In this document: one piece after another, positions 21,442 to 31,043 of the stretch
How the letters are laid out: each line of letters starts with the position of its first letter
How positions within the stretch are numbered: the first letter of the stretch is position 1
Source: Candidatus Eiseniibacteriota bacterium
GTDB lineage: Bacteria; Eisenbacteria; RBG-16-71-46; CAVPCR01
DNA length: 64,000 nucleotides
Assembly: GCA_963823555.1 (NCBI GenBank)
Contig: CAWGMA010000004.1
Span: 608,001 to 672,000 of the forward strand
Direction of reading: 5' to 3'
Translations under genes and position numbers: made by a program
The notes under the pieces: model-generated
Told to the model about the DNA's origin: nothing
Databases searched by the model: none
Seen by the model: the letters and a program-made list of their open reading frames with translations, nothing else

Positions 21442-22236
21442 ATGAACACGCGTTACTGGATGGTGGTCCTGGCCTTGGTGGCATCGGTTGCGATCGTGGC
21501 CGAGGCCTCGGCTACGCCGCCGATCAACAGCGCGGTGATCCGGGAGCGGATCTTCAACGATTGTCCGAGCTCGATACTCACCACCGTCAACAACTACCCG
21601 ACGTCGATCGTGATCGACGACGCCAATCTGGGCTGTGCCGCTGGCTTCGCCAACCTGCACAACTGGCGGTTCTCGACGGATGGCATCGATCCGGCCGTCT
21701 TCAACAATGTCGACGCATTCGAGTTCGGGGCCGACCTCGAGCTGACCGGCACCGGAAAGGGCGAATCCGGTATCCAGATCGCCCCCTGGTGGTCGCAGGA
21801 TGTGGACGGGCGGCTGAATATCAAGACCGAGGAGCTCGCGGGTGAGATCGCCTGCTTCGGCGGCCGCCTGCCGTTCTACTCGTTCACGGCGGCCCACGGC
21901 ATCACCTATACCAAGGGCACGGTGATCCACCTCGAGATGAAGTACCTGCCCAACGACCTCACCATGGCCAATCCGGGCACCATCGAGTACACGGTGGGGT
22001 ACGGCGGCATGACCTACTCGAGCGGGGTCCTGCCCTTCGATGAGGGCAACCCGGCTGAGCCCTACGGGACCTGGGGGATCCTGGACGATGCGCGCGTCGG
22101 CGCCCATGTCCAGCCCTTCATGACCCCGAACGAGCAGACCAACCTCCGCGCGGAGTGGTCCAACATCTTCTTCCGCGATCTGGCGGTTCCGGTCGAGCCC
22201 GCGACCTGGGGCGGCATCAAGTCCATCTATCGCTAA
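21442..22236 (+). CDS. Secreted protein of unknown function ending in PVEPATWGGIKSIYR
   Basis: AAGGAGG RBS, signal peptide AEASA, intact 264 aa ORF rich in predicted beta strands. Confidence 0.85.
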   Translation: MNTRYWMVVLALVASVAIVAEASATPPINSAVIRERIFNDCPSSILTTVNNYPTSIVIDDANLGCAAGFANLHNWRFSTDGIDPAVFNNVDAFEFGADLELTGTGKGESGIQIAPWWSQDVDGRLNIKTEELAGEIACFGGRLPFYSFTAAHGITYTKGTVIHLEMKYLPNDLTMANPGTIEYTVGYGGMTYSSGVLPFDEGNPAEPYGTWGILDDARVGAHVQPFMTPNEQTNLRAEWSNIFFRDLAVPVEPATWGGIKSIYR

Positions 22237-22281
22237 CGAACAGCAGGCCGGCGGAGCCGGCCGGGGCCATGAGAAGCGAGT

Positions 22282-22313
22282 GAGCGGCAGCCTCGCCGGC
22301 GGGGCTGCCGCTC
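22282..22313. terminator. Hairpin between convergent genes, probable terminator
   Basis: Perfect 11-bp stem GAGCGGCAGCC...GGCTGCCGCTC; no clear U-tract. Confidence 0.6.
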
Positions 22314-22343
22314 CTGATTGAGCTGGGCAAGCGGGATCGCGCG

Positions 22344-22751
22344 CTATGCGTGACGCGAGCGGTGCGCGGACGGTGATCGACGGGGCCGGATCCCGCAATT
22401 CTGGTAGTAGAACTTGACCGGCGGGTAGCGGAGGAGCTCCCCGAGCGGCGGCTCCTGGGCCATGGCGGCGCCGAGCAGGCGCAGCCAGAAATCGACCCCG
22501 CGAGCCGGTGAGTCGGCGTCCCTGGCGATCAGGATGCTCTCTACCCCGGTGAGATCGCAGTCGATATCAGGCGATGCGGTACCGTCCGCGATCCTCTCCT
22601 CTGCTTCCCTCAGCATCTGTGCAGCGGTCGTGACATCCACGTTCCGCTTGTTCAGTTCCTCCTGCCAGGCGGCCAGGATGGCCCAGCGGAGACTTGCCTT
22701 TTCGACCCCGGTGATCTCCACGCGAGTGGCGTGGTCTCCCAGTGTGGTCAT
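22344..22751 (-). CDS. Hypothetical protein (135 aa)
   Basis: ATG preceded by AGGGGGG RBS; globular-looking sequence MTTLGDHATRVEITG... Confidence 0.6.
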   Translation of the reverse strand: MTTLGDHATRVEITGVEKASLRWAILAAWQEELNKRNVDVTTAAQMLREAEERIADGTASPDIDCDLTGVESILIARDADSPARGVDFWLRLLGAAMAQEPPLGELLRYPPVKFYYQNCGIRPRRSPSAHRSRHA

Positions 22752-22895
22752 GGCTATCACCCCCCTGATGAAGTCTACCAGCTCCGATGTCGATTGCCAG
22801 CAGCGGACCCGCAATGCGCAGGGCCCGCGCTTGACGTCCGCGGCCAAAGGGAGGATCGTTATGGGACCGATCCCCCTTCCGGCGAAGGAGTTGCC

Positions 22896-24686
22896 ATGCC
22901 CACCTCTGTCCTTCGCGTCGTCTTGCTGGGTTCCGTTCTGCTCTCGACCGCCACCGTGGCTCTGGCCCTCGATCCGTCTCCCGGGGCCAGGAGCACGCGG
23001 TGGCTCGATGCGCCCGATTCCGGAGACATCGTTTCGCCCGCGGACGCGCCGGCGGCGGCGGGCCCGAGCGATCCCCATCCCTGCGTCGGCTGGCCGGTCA
23101 ATCTCCACTCTCCCGGGGCCGGTTTTCCTTACACGCCAACCCTCTACGATGCGGACGGCGACGGCGCCCAGGAGATCTTCCTCACCGGTGGTCACACCTT
23201 CGGGCTCCGTGGCGACGGCACCTTCCTTCCCGGCTGGCCCACGACCGAGCAGCTCTACATGGGCTACGGCACCAACGACCAGAAGCCCGGCCCCTCGGTC
23301 GCCGACCTCGAGAATGACGGCGACACCGAGATCCTGTGGTCGGAGCGCGACTGGTATGCGGGGAGCGCGCGCATGTGGAGCTTCAACGGCAAGGAGTTCG
23401 ACGCCACGAACCTGCCGGGCTTCCCGCAGGAGGCGATCGGCGGGTCATCCAACGCGCTCGATGTGCCCTTCGTTCTCGGCGACACCGACGGCGACGGGTT
23501 GCTCGAGGCCTGGGGGCCCCACACGCTCGGTAACAACTTCGTTCACTACCGGATCTCCGCCTTCGATCATCTCGGGACTCGGCTCTTCACCACCGATCTC
23601 AATCCGGCGGAGAACATCCTCTCCCTCTACTTCGGTGACCTCGATGGGAACGGCGCCGAGGAGATGTTCGCGATCTCGTTCCTGAGCCCATCGCTCTTCC
23701 TGCACGCCTTCACCGCGACCGGGACCGAGCTCCCTGGGTATCCCATCACCTTGCACACCTTTGCCGGCGGCAATCTGCCGTTCGGGCCGCCGGTGCCGGC
23801 GGATCTCGACGGGGACGGGGATCTCGAGATCCTCATCGGGCACTGGGACGGCGCCGGCTCGCGAGTCCATGCCCATCATCACGATGGCGCTCCGGTCGCC
23901 GGGTTCCCCCTCGCGATCGCGACCTCGAGCCAGCTCTTCTACTTCTGTCTGGGCGATCTCACCGGCGACCGCCGGCCCGAGCTCATCGCCTTCGACAATC
24001 ACCTGGGAGGGGCCTACCGCGTCCACGCGATCAACCTGACCACGGGGCTTCCCCTTGCCGGCTGGCCCTACCCCGTGTCCGGCTGGCCCGAGGGTTTCCC
24101 GACCGTCGTCGATGTCGACAATGACGGATTCCAGGATGTCTGTCTGGCCACCGGTGCTGGCGACCTGCGGGCGATCGATCGCACGGGGCAGCTCATTGCC
24201 GGCTATCCGCAGATGATGATCTCGCCTTCGATCTCCGGCGTGGCGGCGGGCGACATCGACGGCGACGGCCTCTTCGAACTGGTCGCCGCGACCTGGGACG
24301 GCTGGGTCTATGCGTGGGACACGACCGGTGAAGCGCGCCCGGAGCGGGCCGACTGGCCGCTTCGCAACGTGAACGCGCGCAACACGGGCATCTATGGCGA
24401 CAGCGGAAGCACGGCCGGAGTCGCCACCACGCCGCCGGAAACCGATGGGCGGCTCTCGGTGGCGCCCAATCCCATCGTTGGTCGAGCCGAGTTCCGGATC
24501 ACCGGCACGCGCAGCCCGGCGGTGCTCGAGATCTTCGACTCGACGGGGCGGATCGTCGATCGGCTCGGCCCGATCGCCGGGCCGTCCGCGGTGTGGCAGC
24601 CGCCGCCATCGGCGGCCGCCGGGGTCTACTTCGCGCGCCTCGGCTCCGGATCCGCCCCGGGGATCAAGCTGCTCGTGCTCAGATAG
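22896..24686 (+). CDS. FG-GAP/VCBS repeat beta-propeller protein with T9SS-like C-terminal domain
   Basis: AAGGAG RBS, signal peptide, repeated DxDxDGxxE and G(W/F/Y)P motifs; tail APNP...IFDSTGRIV...AGVYFARL. Confidence 0.88.
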   Translation: MPTSVLRVVLLGSVLLSTATVALALDPSPGARSTRWLDAPDSGDIVSPADAPAAAGPSDPHPCVGWPVNLHSPGAGFPYTPTLYDADGDGAQEIFLTGGHTFGLRGDGTFLPGWPTTEQLYMGYGTNDQKPGPSVADLENDGDTEILWSERDWYAGSARMWSFNGKEFDATNLPGFPQEAIGGSSNALDVPFVLGDTDGDGLLEAWGPHTLGNNFVHYRISAFDHLGTRLFTTDLNPAENILSLYFGDLDGNGAEEMFAISFLSPSLFLHAFTATGTELPGYPITLHTFAGGNLPFGPPVPADLDGDGDLEILIGHWDGAGSRVHAHHHDGAPVAGFPLAIATSSQLFYFCLGDLTGDRRPELIAFDNHLGGAYRVHAINLTTGLPLAGWPYPVSGWPEGFPTVVDVDNDGFQDVCLATGAGDLRAIDRTGQLIAGYPQMMISPSISGVAAGDIDGDGLFELVAATWDGWVYAWDTTGEARPERADWPLRNVNARNTGIYGDSGSTAGVATTPPETDGRLSVAPNPIVGRAEFRITGTRSPAVLEIFDSTGRIVDRLGPIAGPSAVWQPPPSAAAGVYFARLGSGSAPGIKLLVLR

Positions 24687-24695
24687 GGTCTGGGC

Positions 24696-25169
24696 CTAGG
24701 CGCCCGACTTGCGGCCCCGGCCGAGCAACTGGCCCAAGGAGATGCGGCCGGCGCCGAGGAGCAGGATCGCCACCAGCGGGATGAGGTAGAGAAGCGCCAT
24801 TTCGGGGTTGCCCCAGGACTCGACGGTGGCGGCCGGGACATCCTTGAGTCCCAGGGCGACGAGCCAGTGATCGAGCGCGTGATGGCGCTTGAAGGCGGCG
24901 ACCGCCATCGTGAAGGCGGCGAATGCGGCCCACGGACGCACCCAGATGCCGAGGGCGAGTGCGAGTCCACCGGCAAACTCCGCCAGGGCGGCGGCCCAGG
25001 CGAAGAGGAGCGGAGCGGGGAAGCCGAGGGCTTCCACGCCGGCCAGGAAGCGACCCCCCTCGCCCGAGGCCAGGGCCAGCACCTTGCCCCAACCGTGACT
25101 CAGGGCGAGCGGTAGTCCCACCAGACGGAGGATGAACAGCGCCCAGTCCTCGCGCGAGATCCGACTCAT
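24696..25169 (-). CDS. DoxX family membrane protein
   Basis: LR...HGWGK, AEFAGGLALALG, E-x-ALLY, GAGRISL. Confidence 0.9.
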   Translation of the reverse strand: MSRISREDWALFILRLVGLPLALSHGWGKVLALASGEGGRFLAGVEALGFPAPLLFAWAAALAEFAGGLALALGIWVRPWAAFAAFTMAVAAFKRHHALDHWLVALGLKDVPAATVESWGNPEMALLYLIPLVAILLLGAGRISLGQLLGRGRKSGA

Positions 25170-25367
25170 GCGGTTTTCCTTCCTGGGGAGCGAGGTCCCT
25201 GGGCCCGGTGAGGTCCGGGCCGGGATCGAGCGCGCGAGTCTACGCCATCGCCGGCCCTCCGGGAATGTCGACCTGCGCCCGGTACACGAGACGCCCCCCG
25301 GTGCGATCGAGCACCAGGGGGCGAGCCTTCGGCGACGCAGGCGCTTTCCCCTTCGGGGGCGCCCTTC

Positions 25368-26327
25368 CTATGGATGCACTTCCCTGCGGGCCTGAATCTC
25401 GATCCGGCCGTTCTCGACGCTGACCTCGGCCTCGATCCCGCGCTCGCGCAGCCGGTCCTCGACCGCAGCCTTGATCTCCGCATCCGGGAGCCCGGCGAGA
25501 TCGGAGCAGTCGAGGAGGGGCACATCGACCGCCGGCTCGTCGCCTCCGCCCTCGATCCGGCGCTCGATGCGCGCTTCGATCCGGCCGTCTTGACCGCCAG
25601 CGCGGATTCCGAGCTGGCTGCCTTCCCCCGTGCGATCGAACGTCACCTCGGGATTCGAGAAGCCCATCTGCTCGAGCTGAGCGGTGACATCGCGTTCGAT
25701 CTCGTCTTCGCTGCGCCCCTGGGTCTCCACGCGGATCTCGCGCCAGTGGTTGGCGACCTGGGCGTAGACGTTGCTCGTCACCTCTTCCACCCACGGCTCG
25801 ACGGTGAAGCTGGCCTGGATCCCCTTCTGCCCGAGCTCCTTCACCAGGGCGCGGCCCATGACGGTGGCCTCGGCGTGCGAGCAGCCCGGCACGCGAGCCG
25901 TGACCGCCGTCGTGGACCCGATCTCGAGACGGATCTGGGGGGATCCGGTCGCCGCGCGGACCGCATCCGCCACCGAGCGCGCTCTGGCGGGCCCGTCCCC
26001 GGATCCGGCGAGCGTGATCGACACTTCCTGGCCGACCGTGCGCTCGTAGGAGACCGGGATGAAGAGGAGTGCGATGGCGATCGCAACCGCCACCGCGGCG
26101 GTCGCCCACAGCGGCCGATGCGTGAACTTCTCGAGTGTGCTCATGACGAAACCCTCCCGGGAATGGGCACGGGCGCGAGCGCGCCGCACCGTGGTCTGGA
26201 TGTCCTCTAGGTCTCGAGCGGTGACGCAGCGCAGGGCATCGAGATCGCCCGCGAGCCGTTGCTCTTCGCGCGGGATGTCGTGCTGTTCCGAGCGCATCCG
26301 GTCCATGCGATCGTGAACCCGGTTCAT
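25368..26327 (-). CDS. Putative membrane-anchored anti-sigma factor
   Basis: Overlaps the ECF stop codon (ATGA); short N-terminal cytoplasmic part, one TM helix, larger C-terminal domain. Confidence 0.6.
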   Translation of the reverse strand: MNRVHDRMDRMRSEQHDIPREEQRLAGDLDALRCVTARDLEDIQTTVRRARARAHSREGFVMSTLEKFTHRPLWATAAVAVAIAIALLFIPVSYERTVGQEVSITLAGSGDGPARARSVADAVRAATGSPQIRLEIGSTTAVTARVPGCSHAEATVMGRALVKELGQKGIQASFTVEPWVEEVTSNVYAQVANHWREIRVETQGRSEDEIERDVTAQLEQMGFSNPEVTFDRTGEGSQLGIRAGGQDGRIEARIERRIEGGGDEPAVDVPLLDCSDLAGLPDAEIKAAVEDRLRERGIEAEVSVENGRIEIQARREVHP

Positions 26328-26941
26328 GATGACTCCCTCCGCACCGTCGATGGGCTCGTCTCCCAGGACGGCTGAGCGGCGACCATGGCCGCCCTGCCGC
26401 TCCGCGTGTCGACTCCCAGCCGGCGGTAGTGCGCGCGGAGACGGGCGTGACCGCGCGCGACTCGCGACTTCACCGCGGATACCGTGACCTTCTGCATGGC
26501 CGCGATCTCCGACATCGAGAAGCCCTCGATGTCATGGAGGACGACCGCCTCGCGTTGCACGGCGGGCAGGGTGGCGAGCGCCCGGGACGCTCGCTCCGCC
26601 CGCTCTCGCTCCTCTTCGCCGTGACGGCCATCCGCGCCCCGTGGATCGACTCCGGAGGCGAGGAGGGCGGTGAGGGAGAGGAATCGCCGCCAGAACGGGC
26701 GGCGGCTTCTCCCCCGGTGCACGGAGATGAGGACGGCATAGAACCAGGATCGGAAGCTCGTCTCGTCGCGAAGCAGGGGAAGCTTGGCGTGGGCGCGCAG
26801 CACGGCTTCCTGAAACAGGTCGTCCCCATCCGCCGGCGAGCGGCAGAACCGCCGCGCCGTGGCCCGAGCCTGGTCGTGGAAGGGCGTGAGAAGTCGGATC
26901 AGGGCTTCCCAGCGCTCGCTGTCGGTCGCGCCTTGCATCAC
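26324..26941 (-). CDS. ECF RNA polymerase sigma factor
   Basis: DDLFQEA, FRSWFY (region 2); LPAVQREAVVLHDIEGFSMSEIA...VKSRVARG (region 4). Confidence 0.93.
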   Translation of the reverse strand: MMQGATDSERWEALIRLLTPFHDQARATARRFCRSPADGDDLFQEAVLRAHAKLPLLRDETSFRSWFYAVLISVHRGRSRRPFWRRFLSLTALLASGVDPRGADGRHGEEERERAERASRALATLPAVQREAVVLHDIEGFSMSEIAAMQKVTVSAVKSRVARGHARLRAHYRRLGVDTRSGRAAMVAAQPSWETSPSTVRRESS

Positions 26942-27065
26942 CTCTGCTCGTTGCGATGCGGAGCTCTCCGGTCTTGGCGTTCACTCAAGGAGACGCCTGG
27001 AGAGGGCTCCATGGTCGCAGAAAAGAACGCCTCCCGGGGAGAGAGGGGCCAGGAAGGGGTGGCGG

Positions 27066-28431
27066 CTAGCGGCTGCGGCGGGTGGGGGCGGACTTGCGCG
27101 CGCTGCGCCCGAAGGTCGGCTGCTCGGGGGCCTTCTTCTCGGGGCGCTCGGCGGGGGCGGCATCCGGGCGCGAAGCGGCTGGGCGGACCCGCCCCCGGCC
27201 GGTGGCGGCCGCCCGGCGGCGGTCGCTGCCTCGCCCGCGCTCCGACCGGTCCCCGGTCTCACGCTTGCCGCCCCCCCGGGCCGAGGACGGCCTGAGGTAG
27301 TCGAAGTTGGGAAGGATCACGCGGGGGATCGCCTTCCCGGTGAACCGCTCGATGGCCTCGACGTAGGGCTCCTCCTCCCGGCTCATGAAGGTGAAGGCAT
27401 CCCCCAGGGCGGCGGCGCGAGCCGTGCGTCCGGCGCGGTGCACGTAGTCCTCGGCGTGGGTCGGGACGTCATAGTTGATGACGTGCGAGATGCCCTCGAC
27501 GTCGAGTCCGCGGGAGGCGATGTCCGTGGCCACCATCACCTGGTAGAAGCCGGAGCGGAAGCCGGCCAGCGCTCTCTCGCGCTGCCCCTGGGTGCGATTG
27601 GAATGCAAGGTCGCCACTGGATGACCGCGCCGCTCCAGATCGCGGGCGAGGCGATCGGCACGTCCCTTGGTGCGGGTGAAGACGAGCACCGAGTCCATCT
27701 CCTCGCCTTCGAGGAGCTCGATCAAGATATCGGTCTTCAGATGCTGCGGGATCGGGTAGACCGCCTCGCGGATGCCGACCGCCGTCTTCACTCTCGCGGC
27801 AATATCGATGCGCACCGGTTCGGTGAGCGCCTTCTTGGCGATCGCGTTCAGTTCGGGAGGCATGGTCGCCGAGAACATCAGGGTCTGACGGCCCGCGGGC
27901 AGCTTGCGCAGGATGCGGTTGAGATCGGGAGCGAAGCCCATGTCCACCATGCGATCCGCCTCGTCGAGGACGAGGACATCGAGCTTGGTGAAGAAGACGT
28001 TACCGCGCTCCATGTGGTCGAGGAGGCGCCCCGGAGTGGCCACGAGAATATCGATTCCCGCGCGCAGCTGTCGCTCCTGGGGGCCGATCGCCACGCCGCC
28101 GTAGACGACGGCGCAGGCGAGATCGGTGAACCGCGCGTAGTCGCGCACCGCGGTTTCGACCTGGGCTGCCAGCTCGCGCGTGGGTGTCAGGATCAGCGTG
28201 CGCACCGGGCGCTGCGGGCCGGGCGGGGGGGGGGGCGGCGAGGAGGCGATGGAGAATGGGGAGGACAAAGGCGGCGGTCTTCCCGGTTCCGGTCTGGGCG
28301 CAACCGATCAGGTCCCTTCCTTCCAGAACCGGTGGGATCGCCTTGAGCTGGATGGGGGTGGGATCGGTGTAACCCGCGGCGCGTACGCCGCGCACGATTT
28401 TCGGCGCCAGGCCGAGTCGACTGAAAGGCAA
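27066..28431 (-). CDS. rhlE: DEAD-box RNA helicase, RhlE-like (frameshift at a C11 run)
   Basis: Q motif [44 protein letters not shown]. Confidence 0.92.
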
Positions 28432-28440
28432 CTTTTCTTC

Positions 28441-29469
28441 CTAGCTGTCCCCGGCCAGCGCGGCGCGCCAGCTGGGCGGCATGTTCTTCGCGATCTCGAT
28501 CCCCTGGAAAGGCTTGCTGCGCCGTGGCCCCGCCTCGCGGGCCCAGGCGGCCATGCGTGCGATCCCCTCCTCGAGCGAGGTGTGGGGACCGTCCCCGAAG
28601 GCCTGACGCAGCTTATCGTGGTTCGAGAAGGCGTGCTTGACTTCGTTTCGAGCCGGGAGGTAGTTCATCTCCGGCGCCTGCCCCATGGCCCCACCCACGA
28701 TCTCGGCCAGCCGGTTCACGGTGTAGGGATCGTCCGCCCCGACGTTGAAGACCTGGTTCAACGCGTCGGGAGTGAAGGGCGAGTCGGCCATCGCCGGGAT
28801 GATATCACCGATGTAGCTGAACGCGCGCGTCTGTTCCCCGTCGCCGAACACGGTGAGCGGTTGTCCTTGCATGATCTGATTCATGAAGATCCCGACGACA
28901 TTGCGATAGCGGTCGCCGATGTTCTGGCGCTCGCCGTAGACATTGTGCGGCCGGAAGATCACGTAGTCGAGTCCGAACATCTCGTGGCTGACCTTCAGCT
29001 CCTGCTCGACCGCGTACTTGGCGATGCCGTAGGGATCCTCGGGCATCGGCGTCATGTTCTCGGTCATCGGCACCTGATTGGCGCCGTAGACCGCGATCGA
29101 AGAAGTGAAGACGAAACAGCGCACCTCGTGATTCACGGAGGCATTGATCAGGTTGACGCTGCCGATGAGGTTGTTCTCGTAGTTGAATTTCTTGATGAAA
29201 TGGCTGAGCCCTTCGGCCGCATAGGCGGCGAGATGATAGACGAAATCGAAACGCTCGGCGGCGAAGATCCTCTTCACCAGATCCGCATCAGTGACGCTCC
29301 CCTGGATGAAGCGGACATCGGGGTTCACGTTCTCGATGAAGCCTCCGCTCAGGTCATCGAGGCCGGTCACCGTGTGGCCGCGCTCGAGAAGATAGTCGGC
29401 GAGGTGGGACCCCATGAATCCGGCGGCTCCGGTGACGAGCACGCGAGAGGGTCGGATTGATCGCTCCAT
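28441..29469 (-). CDS. NAD-dependent nucleotide-sugar epimerase/dehydratase
   Basis: GAAGFMG, FTSS, YGIAK, NVYG, GDGEQTR. Confidence 0.93.
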   Translation of the reverse strand: MERSIRPSRVLVTGAAGFMGSHLADYLLERGHTVTGLDDLSGGFIENVNPDVRFIQGSVTDADLVKRIFAAERFDFVYHLAAYAAEGLSHFIKKFNYENNLIGSVNLINASVNHEVRCFVFTSSIAVYGANQVPMTENMTPMPEDPYGIAKYAVEQELKVSHEMFGLDYVIFRPHNVYGERQNIGDRYRNVVGIFMNQIMQGQPLTVFGDGEQTRAFSYIGDIIPAMADSPFTPDALNQVFNVGADDPYTVNRLAEIVGGAMGQAPEMNYLPARNEVKHAFSNHDKLRQAFGDGPHTSLEEGIARMAAWAREAGPRRSKPFQGIEIAKNMPPSWRAALAGDS

Positions 29470-29502
29470 GCTGGTGCGCTCCACTTGACTGGACCGGTCC
29501 TG

Positions 29503-30750
29503 TCAGCCGCTGGTCGCGGCCGAGCGAGATGAGGGTGTGCCGTGGGGCCGCCCGCCGCTGTTGTCAATGGTCCGGGTGTAGATCGACTCGAGCTGCCGGC
29601 CCACGTTGAGCCAGGAGTACTCCTCGACCGCCTTCTGGCGCGAGCGTTGGCCCAGCTCGGCCGTGGTCGCCGGATCGGCGAGGGCGCGGATGAGTGCCGC
29701 GGAGTATGCCCCGGCATCGCCTGATGGTGAAGCATAGATTCCAAGCTCGCCGAGGATTTCGCGATTCACTTCATTGTCGAAGACCACGGAAGGCAGCCCC
29801 ATGGCCATGTAGGTGAATAACTTGAGGTTGGCTTCAGTGGTCGAGACCTTGGGCGATACCGCGAGATCGGCCAGGGAGAGGTACTCCGGCGCTTCGGCGT
29901 AGGGAATCCGCCCCGTGAAGCAGGTCGCGGCATCGACCCCCAGGGCCCTTGCCTTCTCGCGGTAACCCTCCTCCGGATAACCCATGATCAGGAACCGGAC
30001 ACGCGGGAATCGAGCCACCACGGCGGGGATGGCCTCGAGCAGGAGGTCGATGCCCTGGTATTCGGTGAGGACGCCGATGAAGGTGATGACCTGGTCGTCG
30101 GGCCGGATCCCGAGGCGGTCGCGCAACGCAGGGTCGCGCGGGCGCGGTGAGAAAACCTCCAGGTCGACGCCGTCGATGATGGTCGAGATCCGGTCCGCGG
30201 AGACGGCGAAGGTCTGCTCGGTGCTCCTGGCGGTGCGCGTCGAGCTCACGATCAGGTGTCTCGGCATGGCGTTGATCGATCCCTCGATGCGCTGCACCCC
30301 GCGAACGAACCATCCGCTCTGGGGGATGAATCGGTGGTCCAGGAGCTCGGCGGTCAGGCTCCCTTGGAGATCGGCCACCAGCGGGATGCGGAGGAGCATG
30401 CTCGCGATCTTTCCCAGCACGATGCCCTCGTGCAGATGGGCATGGATGATATCGGGCCGGAACCGGCGAGCAACAGCCAGGACCCTCTCGAGGAGCAGGA
30501 GATCGATGTAGAACTTGTGCACCGAGGGTCCTGCCGAGAGCTTCTTGTACCAGGGGATGGGAACCGTGCGCTCGGTGGGGATGCCCGGGATGTCGCGCCC
30601 AAGCGGATAGGTGCAGACCTTGATTTCGTGGCCAAGATCGATCAGCGCCTGTGCTTCGCCGAGAATCCGCACATGACAGCCGCGGTCGGCAAAGAACGGC
30701 GTGGGTGCAACCATGAGGATGCGCCGGCGCACGCCGACGTCATGCATCAT
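29503..30750 (-). CDS. GT4 glycosyltransferase
   Basis: PDIIHAH, GVDLEVF, QGIDLLLEA, KLFTYMAMGLP, YSW. Confidence 0.9.
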   Translation of the reverse strand: MMHDVGVRRRILMVAPTPFFADRGCHVRILGEAQALIDLGHEIKVCTYPLGRDIPGIPTERTVPIPWYKKLSAGPSVHKFYIDLLLLERVLAVARRFRPDIIHAHLHEGIVLGKIASMLLRIPLVADLQGSLTAELLDHRFIPQSGWFVRGVQRIEGSINAMPRHLIVSSTRTARSTEQTFAVSADRISTIIDGVDLEVFSPRPRDPALRDRLGIRPDDQVITFIGVLTEYQGIDLLLEAIPAVVARFPRVRFLIMGYPEEGYREKARALGVDAATCFTGRIPYAEAPEYLSLADLAVSPKVSTTEANLKLFTYMAMGLPSVVFDNEVNREILGELGIYASPSGDAGAYSAALIRALADPATTAELGQRSRQKAVEEYSWLNVGRQLESIYTRTIDNSGGRPHGTPSSRSAATSG

Positions 30751-31043
30751 TGAAACTCCGGATCTCGAGGTGACCACCGCCGGTCCCGAGGGGCCGGCGC
30801 GGGGGAGCGACCGCCGGTTCTGGCGGCCGGTCCGTTCCGCTGGGAGTATCGGCAGCCTCCCGGCGGCAGGTCAATCGGCCAGATCTGGAGGAGCCGGCTT
30901 CAGGGGCCCGGGTCGGTAGCCTATCTCTCAACGAGACAGGCAGTTGAGCGGAAGTTGCCGGAGGTGCCGGGATAGGTCTCCGGAGTCCCTGTGGTACCAT
31001 GGTGACGTCCCGTCCGCACCCCCCGGTATGCAAGGAGGCTAGC

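Noticed and set aside
25340..25363. CCCC-TTCG-GGGG hairpin after the anti-sigma candidate
   Set aside because: The stem is short and interrupted with no convincing U-tract on the coding strand; too weak to call a terminator.
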